From Eledone cirrhosa (taxonomy: Eukaryota): 64,000 bases of DNA. The stretch lies in NCBI GenBank assembly GCA_964016885.1, contig OZ024747.1:41726001-41790000 (forward strand), in the 5' to 3' direction. The notes under the pieces were generated by a model. That model saw only the letters and a list, made by a program, of their open reading frames with translations. It did no database searches and was not told the origin of the DNA. Positions 12,635 through 24,891 of the stretch are shown here, piece after piece (position 1 is the first letter of the stretch; the number at the start of each line of letters is the position of its first letter). The position numbers and the translations under genes were made by a program.

Positions 12635-14120
12635 CTGAGTCCAGTAAGACAACCTCTCTAGTGCTGGTGGCACGAATAAAAGCACCTAGTCCATGCTGTA
12701 AAATGGTGCTGGTGTTAGGAAGGGCATCCAACCAGTATATATACTACTGCCAAACACTATGAACACAACAAATGAAATTTGCAACAACTGCGTTAACAGC
12801 AATAACACTAACCATGTTAGGGCTGCGCATGGTGGAGTGGCTGGTGTGACCATGTGTGAGAACCCCCCCACCGTCATCAGGCAATCGCATAACAGGAAAA
12901 AGAACGAGACGTCGCATCTCAGAGTTGCCACACTTAATGTTGGCACTCTAACAGGTAGATCTGGTGAAATAGCGGAGATGCTGGAGAGAAGGCATGTGGA
13001 TGTGTGCTGTGTGCAAGAGGTGAGATGGAGAGGTGCCTCTGCAAGACTAATCGCAGGCAAATGATGATGGGTTAGGTGGGGTAGGCATTTTACGCTCTTG
13101 TTCATTATAGTCCTCCAAGCCATAACAGAGGAGTATAAGACTGCCTGTCCATGGGAACTTCTCTATGCTGACGATCTGGTTCTTATAGCAGAATCAGTGG
13201 AGAAGCTAGAGAATAAATTCTGGCTATGGAAACAGCAGTTGGAATCAAGGTCTGTGAGTGAACATAGCTAAGACAAAAGTGTTGATAAGTAGAAGAGAGG
13301 ACAATACTCTGATTCCATCAGGGAAATGGCCATGTTCGATATGTAGGAAAGGAACTGACATAAATTCTATAAAATGTACGTAATGCAGATCTTGGGTACA
13401 CAAGAGATGTAGTGGGATAGCAGGCAAACTAACAGGTAGGGAAAACTTTGTATGCAGTAGATGTACAGGGAAAGTTGGCAGTAGTAATCGCAGTGATACA
13501 CATTTTTCCAATGCAGGTGGGCTCTATAGAAGTGGCTGATAGCTTCCGGTACCTAGTGAACAGATTAGCAGGGGGGGGGGGGGTCCGAGGCCATAGTATT
13601 TAGAATGACGGGTTGGAAGAAAGTTTCGGGAGCTGCTTCCTTCGTTGTGTACGAAAGGACGGTTATATGATGCCTGTGTGAGATGCGCGATGCTGCATGG
13701 TAGTGAGACATGGGCAGCAACTGCAGAGGATATGCGACGGCTGGAGAGAAATGAAGCAAGTATGCCCCATTGGATGTGCAATGTCAATGTGTGTGAACGA
13801 CCAAGCATAGACGAGTTGAGAAAGAAACTGTGTCTGAGAGGAATAAGTTGTGGTGTGCAGGAGAGAAGGTATGGACATGTGATGCGTATGGAGGATGACC
13901 GCTGGGTAAAGAAGTGTCAAGAAATCCCAGTAGAAGGAAGACGCAGAAGAGGTAGACCACGAAAAACATGGGCGGAGGTGGTGAGAGTGAGAGCAGACCT
14001 TAGATCACTGAAACTCCCCAAGGAGATGACGAAGGACCGTGACAAGTGGAGAGATGCTGTGCTGAATAGGACTCATCCAACGCTTGCAAGCAGAGAAAAG
14101 CGGACGTAAAATGATGATGA
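12635..14120 (+). mobile_element. Internally deleted, decayed RTE-clade LINE with both 5'UTR and 3' tail
   Basis: APE start LRVATLNVGTLTGRSGEIAEMLERRHVDVCCVQEVRWRG fused to RT end (LLYADD), PHD-like Cys cluster, GRLYDACVRCAMLHGSETW...YGHVMRM...RGRPRKTW; (GAT)n tail; stops and frameshifts. Confidence 0.9.
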
Positions 14121-14254
14121 TATATATATATATATACCAACATAATAAATACACACACACACACATATATATATCATGATAATGATATTGATATATATAT
14201 ATATTACTCTTTTACCTGTTCCAGCTGAGGCCATGCTGGGGCACCGCCCTTATA

Positions 14255-14288
<34 letters not shown>

Positions 14289-15621
14289 GTGTATATATAT
14301 ATATATATATATCATCACCTCCGTCTTCCATTTTCCACGTTAACATGGGTTAGACAGGCTGTCCTGTTGAGTGCAATACTAGGTCAGGCGACCATGTCTT
14401 GTTCATATAAGACAGATTCTGGCTTGGTTTCTACAGCTAGATGCCCTTCCTAACGCCAATCTCATTTACAGTGTGGACTGGGTGCTTTTTGTTGTGACAC
14501 CTATACAACCACTTTACAGTGTGGGCTGAGGGCTTCACTGGATGCATTTACTTTGGCCTGTCCCCATGGGGATGTATAGGAAGGTGGGGTGGGGCATACT
14601 GTATATATGCTTCGGCTTGTGAGATGCTAGCATGGAAGATGGATGTTAAACAATGATATATATATACAAGTATGGGAAACAGACATTAAATTATGTGTGT
14701 GTGAGAGAAAGATGTATAAACATATATTATTTTAAGATTAAATCGCTACATTGTCTTCAAATCAGTTCATTTCATGTTTGTTTTAGCTGAACTAGATGGA
14801 ACAAAATAATTAATTCAGTAACAATAATAATTGATTAATTAGTGTTAATATTTAATGAAATAATCTAAACAGATGTTTTATTTTATATGAAAACTTGGGA
14901 GTGGTGGCAATATACAGTACTTTTAGAATTAACTTGAAACTGATGAAATGAATGATATTGTATTGTTTAGGCTTACTATACTATATGTAGGGTTTAAAAA
15001 GGTTGTTCACTCTATGGAAGAAGACAGGCAACACCAGTTAGCTAATAAATGGATTGATATTGTATATTAATCCAAATCAATAAGATACCAGTCCTCGTTC
15101 ACTAACCGAGTGAGGTGGAACTCATCATATCAGACCAAAGAAACAATGTTTCCATTGGTCTTTTCAATTGCTAATACTATCAATTGGTCGCAACTCCTGA
15201 TTGGAAGCTAATAAATATATCATATATAATTGTATATAAGCCGAGAAATACGTGACAAAAACATTGGTCTTATAAGGTTCGTATTTTACCGATTTTCACC
15301 AACTTCAACATCTATGTTAAAAAAAAAGGCAACAAAATATCTAGAGGGGTACATCTGGATACTTTCAATAATTTCTGTGAATGAGAAACTTTTAGCATCA
15401 TACTCATAATGTGTACATTCAGAAAATATATCTGAAATATGCAATTTTATAGAAGTTGTGAGGTGAGGAGAGTACATTGTAGTTATATATACATATATAT
15501 ATATCTTGTCCATTGAAACATTATATAAAAACTTACAAACATACTTTTATAAATATACTGAAACATTGACATACACACACTCTAAATGACAAAAAATATT
15601 TTAGATATCAGAGTATAAAAA

Positions 15622-17407
15622 CCCTATCTTGCTCAGGACATTGACCGCCTGGAAACTGCCAGGTTACTGACGACCCCAAGGAATGCGCAGAGCTCATTGC
15701 TGAATGCTATGCAGGCATTTTCACCATTGAAGACCAGAGTGTACCATCTCCACCACCTATGACACCGGACTCTATTACAACCATGGAATTTACACCTGCA
15801 ATGCTGCGACGTCACCTAAAAAATAAACGCAACCATGCCTCTCCTGGTCTTGATGGTGTTACGTACCTGCTTCTTAAACGTGGTGGGTACTTCCTTCTAC
15901 GCCAGTTATCACGCTTCTTCCAATTCTGTCTGAACAACAGTGCTACTCCAGAACAGTGGAAAACTGCCAGTGTAATTCCTCTGTTCAAAAAGGGTGACCG
16001 CACATCACCTGTGAACTATCGTCCAGTCAGTCTTACTAGTTGCATCGCCAAACTGATGGAATCCTGTGTCAGAGAAACACTTTGGAACTTCTGGAGCTCT
16101 CACAGTCTTATCCGGCCTTCGCAATTTGGATTTATCCCCAACTCCAGCTGCTGTGATCAACTTATAGAGTTTCTTGAGGACATCACCCAGATCACTGATG
16201 GCGGCTCATGGGTGGATGTTGTTTACCTTGACTTTGCGAAGGCCTTCAATTCTGTGCCGCACAAAAGGCTTATGGCAAAACTCTCTGCAATGGGTGTGAA
16301 GGATGATCTTTTTAACTGGTTGAAGTCCTTCATTCTCAGTCGAAGAGAGGTAGTCACGGTTCTGGGACAGCATTCCTCACCATATGAGATGTCATCTGGT
16401 GTACCTCAGGGATCTGTTCTTGGCCCCCTTTTGTTTGTGGCATATATTAATGACATAGATGCCAACTTAAGGAATGCCACAGTACTAAAGTACGCAGACG
16501 ACATCAAGCTGTACCTTGAGATAAAAAGGACAGATCCTGAACACTATAGATCTTGCTTGCAGTCTGACCTGGACACAATGCAACAGTGGATCTCAGACTG
16601 GCAACTCAAGCTAGCTGTGGACAAGTGCACCACCATGCATTTTGGGAGTAAAAACCCAGCGTCCACATATTCCCTCCACAGCACTAATATCAAGAAGTCT
16701 TCCTGTGAACGTGACCTGGGCATTACGGTCAGCAGCGATTTGCGTTGGACGAGGCACGTCTCTAAAATTGTCAAGAGGGCCGAGGGTGTCTTAGCATCAC
16801 TCAGCAAGACCTTTGTCAGCCGCTCTCCAGATATCTATTTAAGGCTGTATACAGCTATGGTGCGACCACACTTAGAATTTGCATCACCAGTCTGGAACCC
16901 CTATCTTGCTCAGGACATTGACCGCCTGGAAACTGTTCAGAGACGTGCAACCAAGCGAATACCCTCCATCAGGCATCTACCATACTCTGATCGCCTTGCT
17001 TCCCTGGGCATGGATTCATTGAAGCTCCGACGCCTGGCAACTGACTTGGTAAACACCCACAAAATTGTTAACCATGTTGCCAACAACAACCCTGAGTGCC
17101 TTTTCGATTTCCATGTGTCTAACACACGTGGACATGCCCACAAAGTAAGAAAACAGCACAGTTCCCATGACTTTCGGAAACATTTTTTCACGCTCAGAGT
17201 TGCTGAAGCATGGAACAAACTACCTGCATCAGTTGTTAGCTGTCGAGACGCTGCATCCTTTAAGGCCTCCATGCTTCCCGAGATCCGCCAACACTACAGC
17301 TAACACATACAAACATGTACTTCCCTGGCATTTGTGTATTATTCTATGTACTATATTGACGAGTTGTAGTGCACCTGAGCACTTTACACAATAATTTCAT
17401 TCATTAT
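15622..17407 (+). mobile_element. 5'-truncated CR1-type LINE with an uninterrupted RT-containing frame (ORF 15759-17303)
   Basis: SPGLDG, WKTASVIPLFKKG, NYRPVSLTS, QFGF, YLDFAKAF, SGVPQGSVLGPLLF, KYADD, ERDLG, VRPHLEFA, TRGH..K, FF..RV...WN.LP; short ATTTC-type tail; candidate TSD TAAAAAC at 15616 and 17408. Confidence 0.92.
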
Positions 17408-17578
17408 TAAAAACTTTATAAAAATATTCTCCATTTGAGAGAATTTACAAAACCACATAATCTAAACATGTGTGACTAGCAGCCTCAGCTAAGAGATGGG
17501 GTCTGGATTTTTGCCCATTTCTTAGACAATTTTATATATATTGCTTTCATTTTATTTCACTCATTATTTTAATTGTAG

Positions 17579-17743
17579 CAAGCTGGCCTTTATCAACTTA
17601 ATGCAGCTGGTATGATGACAGCTGCTCCTGGAAATAATTCAATGCCACAGGCAGCAGCAGGTATGATGATGCAGCCTCCTCAGATCGGAATGTATGCAGC
17701 TACTCAAGCACAACCACAAATGAACCAAATGAACATGCAACAG
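17579..17743 (+). CDS. SMAP1: SMAP-like gene exon
   Basis: attgtag|caa...caacag|gtattt; 165 nt, phase 0-0. Encodes QAGLYQLNAAGMMTAAPG...MNQMNMQQ. Confidence 0.85.
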
Positions 17744-18584
17744 GTATTTGCTGGATTTATTTTTAATTGATATGCCATATCATCATCACCATTTAACGTC
17801 CATTTTTCCATGTTAGAGTGAGTTAGATGAGTTGTCTCATTGTGAGACATATCAGATCAGATGACTATGTCTTGCCCATGCAGAACTGGTTCTGACTTGG
17901 TTTCTATGGCTAGATACCCTTCCTAATTACAAAAACATTTACAGTGTAAATGTTTTTATTAGAATAGGCACACCATATCCTTGCATGGCATAAGAAGCGA
18001 TTAAAAGGGGGGTTGGTATCAGGAAGGGGCATCCAGTTGTAAAACATTGTTTAAAAACATTTCATCCAACCCATGCCAGCATGGAGAAGTGAATGTAAAA
18101 ATGATGTTGATGATATAACAGGTTTATTTTCAATGAGGGAAGAAATGGCTATATGAATAATGTGTAACTGGGACATCACTATCTCTAGGCAGTAAAAAGC
18201 TCCACACTCAGCCTGTATCAGTGAGTTGCCGCATTGTCTAGAAATTGAAACACTTGTCAGATGAAACTCTCTTAACCATTTATTACCATATTCCTAATGA
18301 AAGACACTACCTATGATTTTTAAAATCATCTTTTTTTAGGGATTTAGTAATATAATTGACTTTCTCTTTATTCAGTCGGTGTTTAGATAAATAAAAAAAT
18401 GTTAAGACAAACAGCTTAGTATTGTAGAAGTAGTTTCAGGTAGTTTGGTTTTAAATGCATTAAAAGCAAGAGAAGATATAGACTGCATGTGGTACGAATT
18501 ATCAGCAATATGGATAATAGTCATTGTGAAAATTTGCAATATTAGAGTAAAGACAGCAGTTTTTATATTGTCTATATGCTTCAG

Positions 18585-19975
18585 CTTCGGCTTGTACCCG
18601 TAGGAAGTCAGGTTTTCTGTATTACTGCATGACGCCAGAGGTCACGGTCGTGTGTCATTGCCCTTGAGAGGTGCAATTGGGCAAGGTCAGCTTTTATCAC
18701 CTCATCCCAGGTCTTCTTGGGTCTCCCCACTCCGCGGCTTCTAATGCTCTGCATCTTTTTATGCAGCTGTCATCCTTCATACACATCACATGTCCATACC
18801 AACGCAACCGCCTCTCCTGCACACAGCATTTGATTCCTCTTATGCTCTGTCTTTCTCTCAATTCGTTTATACTTTGCCGTTCGTGTATATTACTATTACA
18901 CATCCATCGGAACAGGCAGGCTTCGTTTCTTTCTAATCTACGCCAGTCTTCCACAGACAGCGCCCAGGTCTCACTACCATGTAACATTGCTGTTCGTATA
19001 CACGCATCATACAGTCTGCCTTTCATTTTGAGGGAAAAGCCTTTTGCAGCTAGCAGTGGCAGTAGCTCCCTGAACTTCTTTCACCCCGTTCTTACCCTTG
19101 TTATTGTACTTTCCTAACACCCACCTCCACTGTTAATTCGGTCACCTAGGTAGCAAAAGCTGTCTACTGTTTCTACAGAGCCCTCCCAGAGATTGGTGGT
19201 ACTTGTTTGCTGCTTACTGTCCCGTTGCAGCTACTACATGTAAAGCCTACATGCTTAGTTAAGCTTCCTAAGATCCCGCTACATCTCTTGTGTACCCATT
19301 GTTTGCATTTGGGGCAGAGGATGGAGTTCCTACCTACACCTTTCCTACATACTGAGCAAGGCCATTTTCCTGAGGAGTTCTGTTTTCTCATCTACTTATG
19401 AGAACCTTAGTCTTTATCAGGTTGACTTTGAGACCCTTTCTTTCTAGTCCCTGCTTCTTCTCTAGTTCCACCATAGATTCAGCTTTAAGTGTGAGATCAT
19501 CTGCATATAGGAGTTCCCTTGGGCATCCGGTCTTAAACTCCTGTTATTGCCTGCAGGACTATGATGAACAGGAGAGGGCTAAGAACAGAGCCCTGGTGGA
19601 CACCGACCTGTATGCTAAATTCCTCGCTATAGTCATTGCTAATCCTAACTTTGCTGACTGCTCCCCTATACATGGCTTGTACAGCTTTCACAAGCCATTC
19701 ATCTACTCCTAGTTTTCTAAGAGCCCACCAGATTATAGCACAGGTAACTCTGTCGAAGGCTTTTTCCAGATCGACAAATGCCAGATAGAGTGGCTTACTT
19801 TTAGCTAGGTACTTTTCCTGTAACTGCCTCACAAGGAAGAGGGCATCAGTAGTGCATTTTCCTGGCACAAACCCAAATTGCATCTCATCTAGTTTTACCC
19901 GGTCCCTAATCAACTGTGCTATAACTCTTTCCGTTACTTTCATGACCTGGTCCATCAGCTTTATACCTCTATAAA
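18585..19975 (-). mobile_element. RTE-clade LINE, 5'-truncated and decayed
   Basis: YRGIKL, QFGF, FVDLEKAFDRV, GVHQGSVLSPLLF, C4HC3 finger, LRWYGHV. Confidence 0.9.
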
Positions 19976-20632
19976 CAAGTTGCATGGATTCTCTTGACTC
20001 TTTGTTACCATCCAATTCTATTGTTCATTATATTTGACAGGTCAGAAGTATTGCAGTTTATGTCGTCACAAATCTGCTGATAATTGGTCTTGGTTTGTTA
20101 TCCTGTTAACTCCTACTTGTGTAGGTTCTCACAAAACAACTAAAATAGTAACTTAATATATGGTTTTAATATAAAAAAATCTTGTTTGAAAATTTTAATT
20201 TCAATAGAAATCCATTGAAATGGGTGATTTTGTATCAAAAGGATTAAAAATAATTGCTGTGAACGTACCTGAGTTATGCCAACATAAATGAATGCACATT
20301 TTACTGACGAGGGTGATGATATTCATTAGGGATTAGATTTAGTGGAGAAGGACCTAGATTTATATCTTTTAACCCTTTAGCATTTAAACTGGCTGTATCT
20401 GGCCAGAATTCTCTCACTTCTTACTGTTCAAACCAGCCACTCATACTGATGTTAAGGTATTGTTCTCAAAATAAATAACATCAAAATCTTGTAGATTCGA
20501 TATTATGTAAGATAAAGCCTTTACCACAAAAATACAATAGTAAATATAGAGTAATGTAAATGCTAAGGGGCTAATTTACTCTTCCCAAGCTGTCATATAT
20601 TCTTTTAAATTACTCTTCCCAAGTTATATATT

Positions 20633-20972
20633 CATCATCATCATCGTTTAACGTCCATGTTCCACGCTTGCATGGGTTTGGACGGGAGTTTTCCCACTTG
20701 AGGCAAGAGTGGTTGTCTTGCTCGCATAAAACTGTCTGGCGGGTTTTCTACAGCTGGATGCCCTTCCTAACACCAACCACATTTACAGTGTGGGACTGGG
20801 AGGTTTTTACCGTGTTGCCTACACGGCCACATTACAGCGTGGACTGTGTGTTTTTTTTGTCGTGACACATACACGATCTCATTTGTTTCGGCCTGGATGT
20901 TGTGGCACCAACATAACTTTACATTGAAAGGGGCGGTGTGGATGGGTGTGTGTGTGGGGGGGGGGGGGGGGG
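20633..20972 (-). mobile_element. Non-autonomous RTE-related SINE-like element; closely similar copy at 54301-54635(+), older relatives at about 10540-10905, 14310-14660, 17780-18115, 31760-32220, 36040-36385, 37080-37190, 50455-50720, 51340-51400 and 62540-62910
   Basis: Shared core gtggttggtgttaggaagggcatccagcc.tagaaa and 3' end ccatgcaagc.tggaa..tggacgttaaacgatgatgat. Confidence 0.8.
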
Positions 20973-21009
20973 TATTTTGTTAGAGATGCCTACTGACTGT
21001 AGTAGGTTT

Positions 21010-22650
21010 TACTTTGTATTTAGGTAAGGCGTGTCTTCTCTATTACTGAGTGCCACCAAAGATCTCGGTCCAGTGACATTGTCTTGGAGAGGTGTAAGGT
21101 CGGAGTTTATCATGTCGTCCCAGGTTTTTCTGGGTCTGCCTACTCCGTGGCTACCGTCTATCTTTATTGCCCTGCACTTTTTTATACAGCTGTCGTCTTT
21201 CATGCGCATTACATGACCATACCAACGTAGCCTTCTCTCGAGTAAACAACATCTGATCCCTCTTATTTCTAATTTTTCCCTTAGTTCGTTTATGCTTTGC
21301 CGTTCGCGTATATTATTATTACACATCTAGCGGAGCATGCAAGCTTCGTTCCTCTCTAGTCTGCGTATATCCTCTGCACACAATGCCCAGGTCTCACTGC
21401 CATGCAACATTGCTGTTCGTATGCAGGCATCATACAGCCTGCCTTTCATTTTTAGGGAGAACTCTTTAGCGGCTAATAGTGGTATAAGCTCTCTGAACTT
21501 TTTCCATCCAGTTCTGACTCTAGCTACTGTACTTTCAGAGCACCCTCCTCCACTGCTGATTTTGTCACCCAGGTAATGGAAGCTGTCCACTATTTCTATA
21601 GAACCATCTGTGCAATTGAAAGAGCTAGTATTTTGTGGGCACTTGCTGCTACTTATTGCACCAGAGCACCGGCCACATGTAAAATCTGTTCTTAGTTAGC
21701 TTACCTGTGATCCCACTACATCTTTTATGCACCCATACTTTGCATTTGGGACATAAAATGGAGTTTCTACCTACGCCTTTCCTACACACTGAGCATGGCC
21801 ATTTCCCGGAAGGGACCGGTGCCTTATTTTCTTTCCTACAAACTAGAACTTTAGTCTTAGCCAGGTTAATTTTAAGGCCTTTTGATTCTAGGCCGTGCTT
21901 CCATGTTTGGAATTTCTTCTCTAGCTCGGCCATTGATTCAGCTATGAGCGTTAGATCATCTGTGTATAGGAGTTCCCATGGGCAGCCGGTCTTGAACTCC
22001 ACTGTTATAGCCTGAAGGGCAATAATAAATAGTAGGGGGCTAAGAACAGAGCCCTGATGAACACCAACTTTTACGCTAAACTCTTCACTATATTCGTTGT
22101 TAATTCTAACCTTGCTGACTGTTTCTTTATACATGGCTTGTATAGCTCTCACAAGCCATTCATCAACACCTAGTTTTCTAAGAGCCCACCAGATAATGGA
22201 ACGGGGGACTCTGTCGAAGGCTTTCTCCAAGTAGACGAAAGCTAAGTATAGGGGTTTACTTTTAGCTAGGTACTTCTCCTGTAGTTGTCGTACAATGAAA
22301 AGAGCGTCTGTGGTACTTTTGCCTGACACAAACCCGAACTGCATTTCATCTAGATCGATTCTCTCTCTGATTAGTTGCGCTATTACTTTTTCCGTGACCT
22401 TCATGACCTGGTCGATTAATTTAATGCCTCTATAGTTACTCCTATCTAGGGCGTCTCCTTTACCCTTGTAGCAGTTAATGATGATGCTGCTACGCCAGTC
22501 CTTCGGAACAACCCCATTCTGTATGACTTGGTTTACTATCCGGGTGACCATGGTGTGTCCCACCATTCCAGAGGCTTTCAGCATCTCAGCAACTATTTCC
22601 GAAGGCCCAGCCGCCTTACCCGTCTTCATATCTTTGATTGCCTTACTTAT
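21010..22650 (-). mobile_element. RTE-clade LINE, 5'-truncated
   Basis: MKTGKAAGP...NYRGIKL...LEKAFDRV...GVHQGSVLSPLLF...LLYTDD...PHD-like finger...LGD...GSETW...LRWYGHV...GRPRKTW. Confidence 0.92.
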
Positions 22651-22698
22651 TATATACTATTCATTAATGCTAATACATTCTCAAATTCTCTTTTCTAG

Positions 22699-22866
22699 AT
22701 GCAGCACCAATTAGCAGCGATGCGTTTAAATACAGCAAATGTCATCCCACCCACTGGTCAAATGGGAGTACGGCCCCCAGTTGGAGCCCCTGCTACTCAA
22801 GCTAGCAATCCCTGGGGTATGCAACCTACTTCAGGACAGACTTTATCAACTAACTTGTGGCAATGA
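22699..22866 (+). CDS. SMAP1: SMAP-like gene, last coding exon
   Basis: ttttctag|ATG...TGA. Ends SGQTLSTNLWQ*, matching the SMAP1 C-terminal GQTLSTQLWK motif. Confidence 0.92.
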   Translation: MQHQLAAMRLNTANVIPPTGQMGVRPPVGAPATQASNPWGMQPTSGQTLSTNLWQ

Positions 22867-24728
22867 TCCAAATCATTATTATTATTATTTTAATTTTTTT
22901 TTTCTAAATTTTCTTTCCCCATTCAACTAGAACTAGCTTTTAACCAGCTATTTGCTGCAATGTTTAGGTTATGCAAGAAGCTGGGACTTCATAGCTGAGG
23001 TGTGGATGGGAATTAAATGGGCAGCTGAAGGAAACTAAGGAAATGACATTCCCCCTCTTTAGTATTTCCTAGTTTCCTTCAGTTCTTCCTGCCCTTTCAC
23101 TAATGAACAAGGCTGACAACCAGCTTTCACTTTTGTAAATAATAATAATACAATATATTAATTTATAATTTTTACATTGACCAATAGAAAAGTTCATTTA
23201 TCAAAGTGAACGAGGGAAATATAATTAAAATAAAGACAAAAAAAAAATGAAAACCAGAGAAGCAAATAATTTTGAAAACAGTAACGAAAACTGATTGTGG
23301 AGTAAATTGTTGCAAGATAAGGAGGATAAGTCAATCTTGTGAAGGCAGTGAAAATACAAGTTGTGTAGATGTAGCCAAGTGTATGTAATATATTTAGTGA
23401 TATAATCATTAAATATAGCAGATATTGTCTGAGAAACAGACTGAGTGAAACACCATTACATTCACTATATTTTGTTTGAAATTGTTCTCCAGGTTCCCTT
23501 CAACAAAACACATTCCCTAAACTGACATTTCAATCACTTTCTTCTATCTTAATAATAATAATAACTACCGGCTCTTTGTACTCTACCATATGTCTATGTA
23601 ATTACTGGTGATATATAAACAGTGAAGCAAATTTGTCAGTTATTCAACAATTCTGTTGATGGCTGCAAACTCTACAATTATTATAAAATAGATGTTATTA
23701 AAAACTTGTCACAAATTTTTTAATTAGTCAATGCTTTTGCAAGTAGGAGATCTTTAAGCAACTGGTAACATTATCTTTTCTAGGATTCATACAACTATGT
23801 ACTGATTCTAAATGCTTCAATATTAGCCTTTCTTCCTTTATGCAAATAACTGCATAGATGACAGCTATTATTTGTCAACTTATTGTTGGCTTAGCTTTTC
23901 ATTCTCTTTACATAAGAGAAATTCAAATTCATAGTAAATCTATGAAAGAATAATCTTGATTTTACATTTCATTAAATGAAGAAACAGATATTTTTATCTT
24001 AAAATACTCTTTTTTTTCCTCTCCATTTACAGTTAGAATCATGTACACTAGCAATTTGAATGTAGGCCGAAAACTGCTTCATAAAACCCATTCCTCAAAT
24101 TAAGTCAACTTTAATCATGGAATATGTCTTTATGTTGGGTTTTGTGAGTAGTTAGCATGAAGAAATGAAAGATCCTTTATGGATTTAGGCTTTGAAAAGT
24201 TGCTGGTGTATCAGAAAATCTGCATATATCCCTCAAACTATTCTTTAGCTGTAAGATAAATCTCATATCTCTAGTCATAGGTTTTAACTTATTCAAATTT
24301 GCTTCACTTTTAGAAATTATATTCAACAGAAAACTGAAAATACTGAGACCTTGCTTGAGTATTTCATTGTTGTCCTAACGACATGTCTTCACTCCATCCA
24401 CTGCCAACTATTATCAACTATAATCTTTGCTCTAAGTCCAAAGATGGCAGTTTCAGTACTTCATTACCATTGTGTGTTTGCTCAGCTACTAATTACATAG
24501 TAAAACTGCATGTGTGCTGCTCATTGGATTACAACAGTTTATTTCTTGAAGTGAAGACAAAAGAAAACAAAAAAACTTCAAGTTCATTTCACTCAACAAG
24601 AAAACTCTAGCCACTACCATTAGTTGAAAATGTTTCTACATCAACCAACAACAGTAGAATGAAGTCTCAGTGGTGTATTTCTTTCAGATTATCTTTATTA
24701 CAAACCATCTGTTAAATTTGAAAACAAT

Positions 24729-24734
24729 AATAAA
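24729..24734 (+). terminator. Candidate polyadenylation signal of the SMAP-like gene
   Basis: AATAAA followed by a T/GT-rich tract (cttttgtcttgtttt), at the end of about 1.9 kb of repeat-free UTR-like sequence. Confidence 0.5.
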
Positions 24735-24862
24735 GCTAATTTAAAAAAAATTATACTTTTGTCTTGTTTTCCTATAAATGTTGCTTCAAACTATCTATGA
24801 CAGTACTGGCTGGGCATAACAACAATTAAATACAGTTGAAACAAAGTCAAAATAATTAAGGA

Positions 24863-24868
24863 TTTATT
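24863..24868 (-). terminator. Candidate polyadenylation signal of LTV1
   Basis: AATAAA on the minus strand about 25 nt past the LTV1 stop codon. Confidence 0.5.
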
Positions 24869-24891
24869 TACAAGCTTACAAAAAGAGGATG

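Noticed and set aside
15759-17303. Domesticated host RT gene
   Set aside because: 5'-truncated, has a LINE tail and candidate TSD, and interrupts a MITE; best explained as a young insertion.
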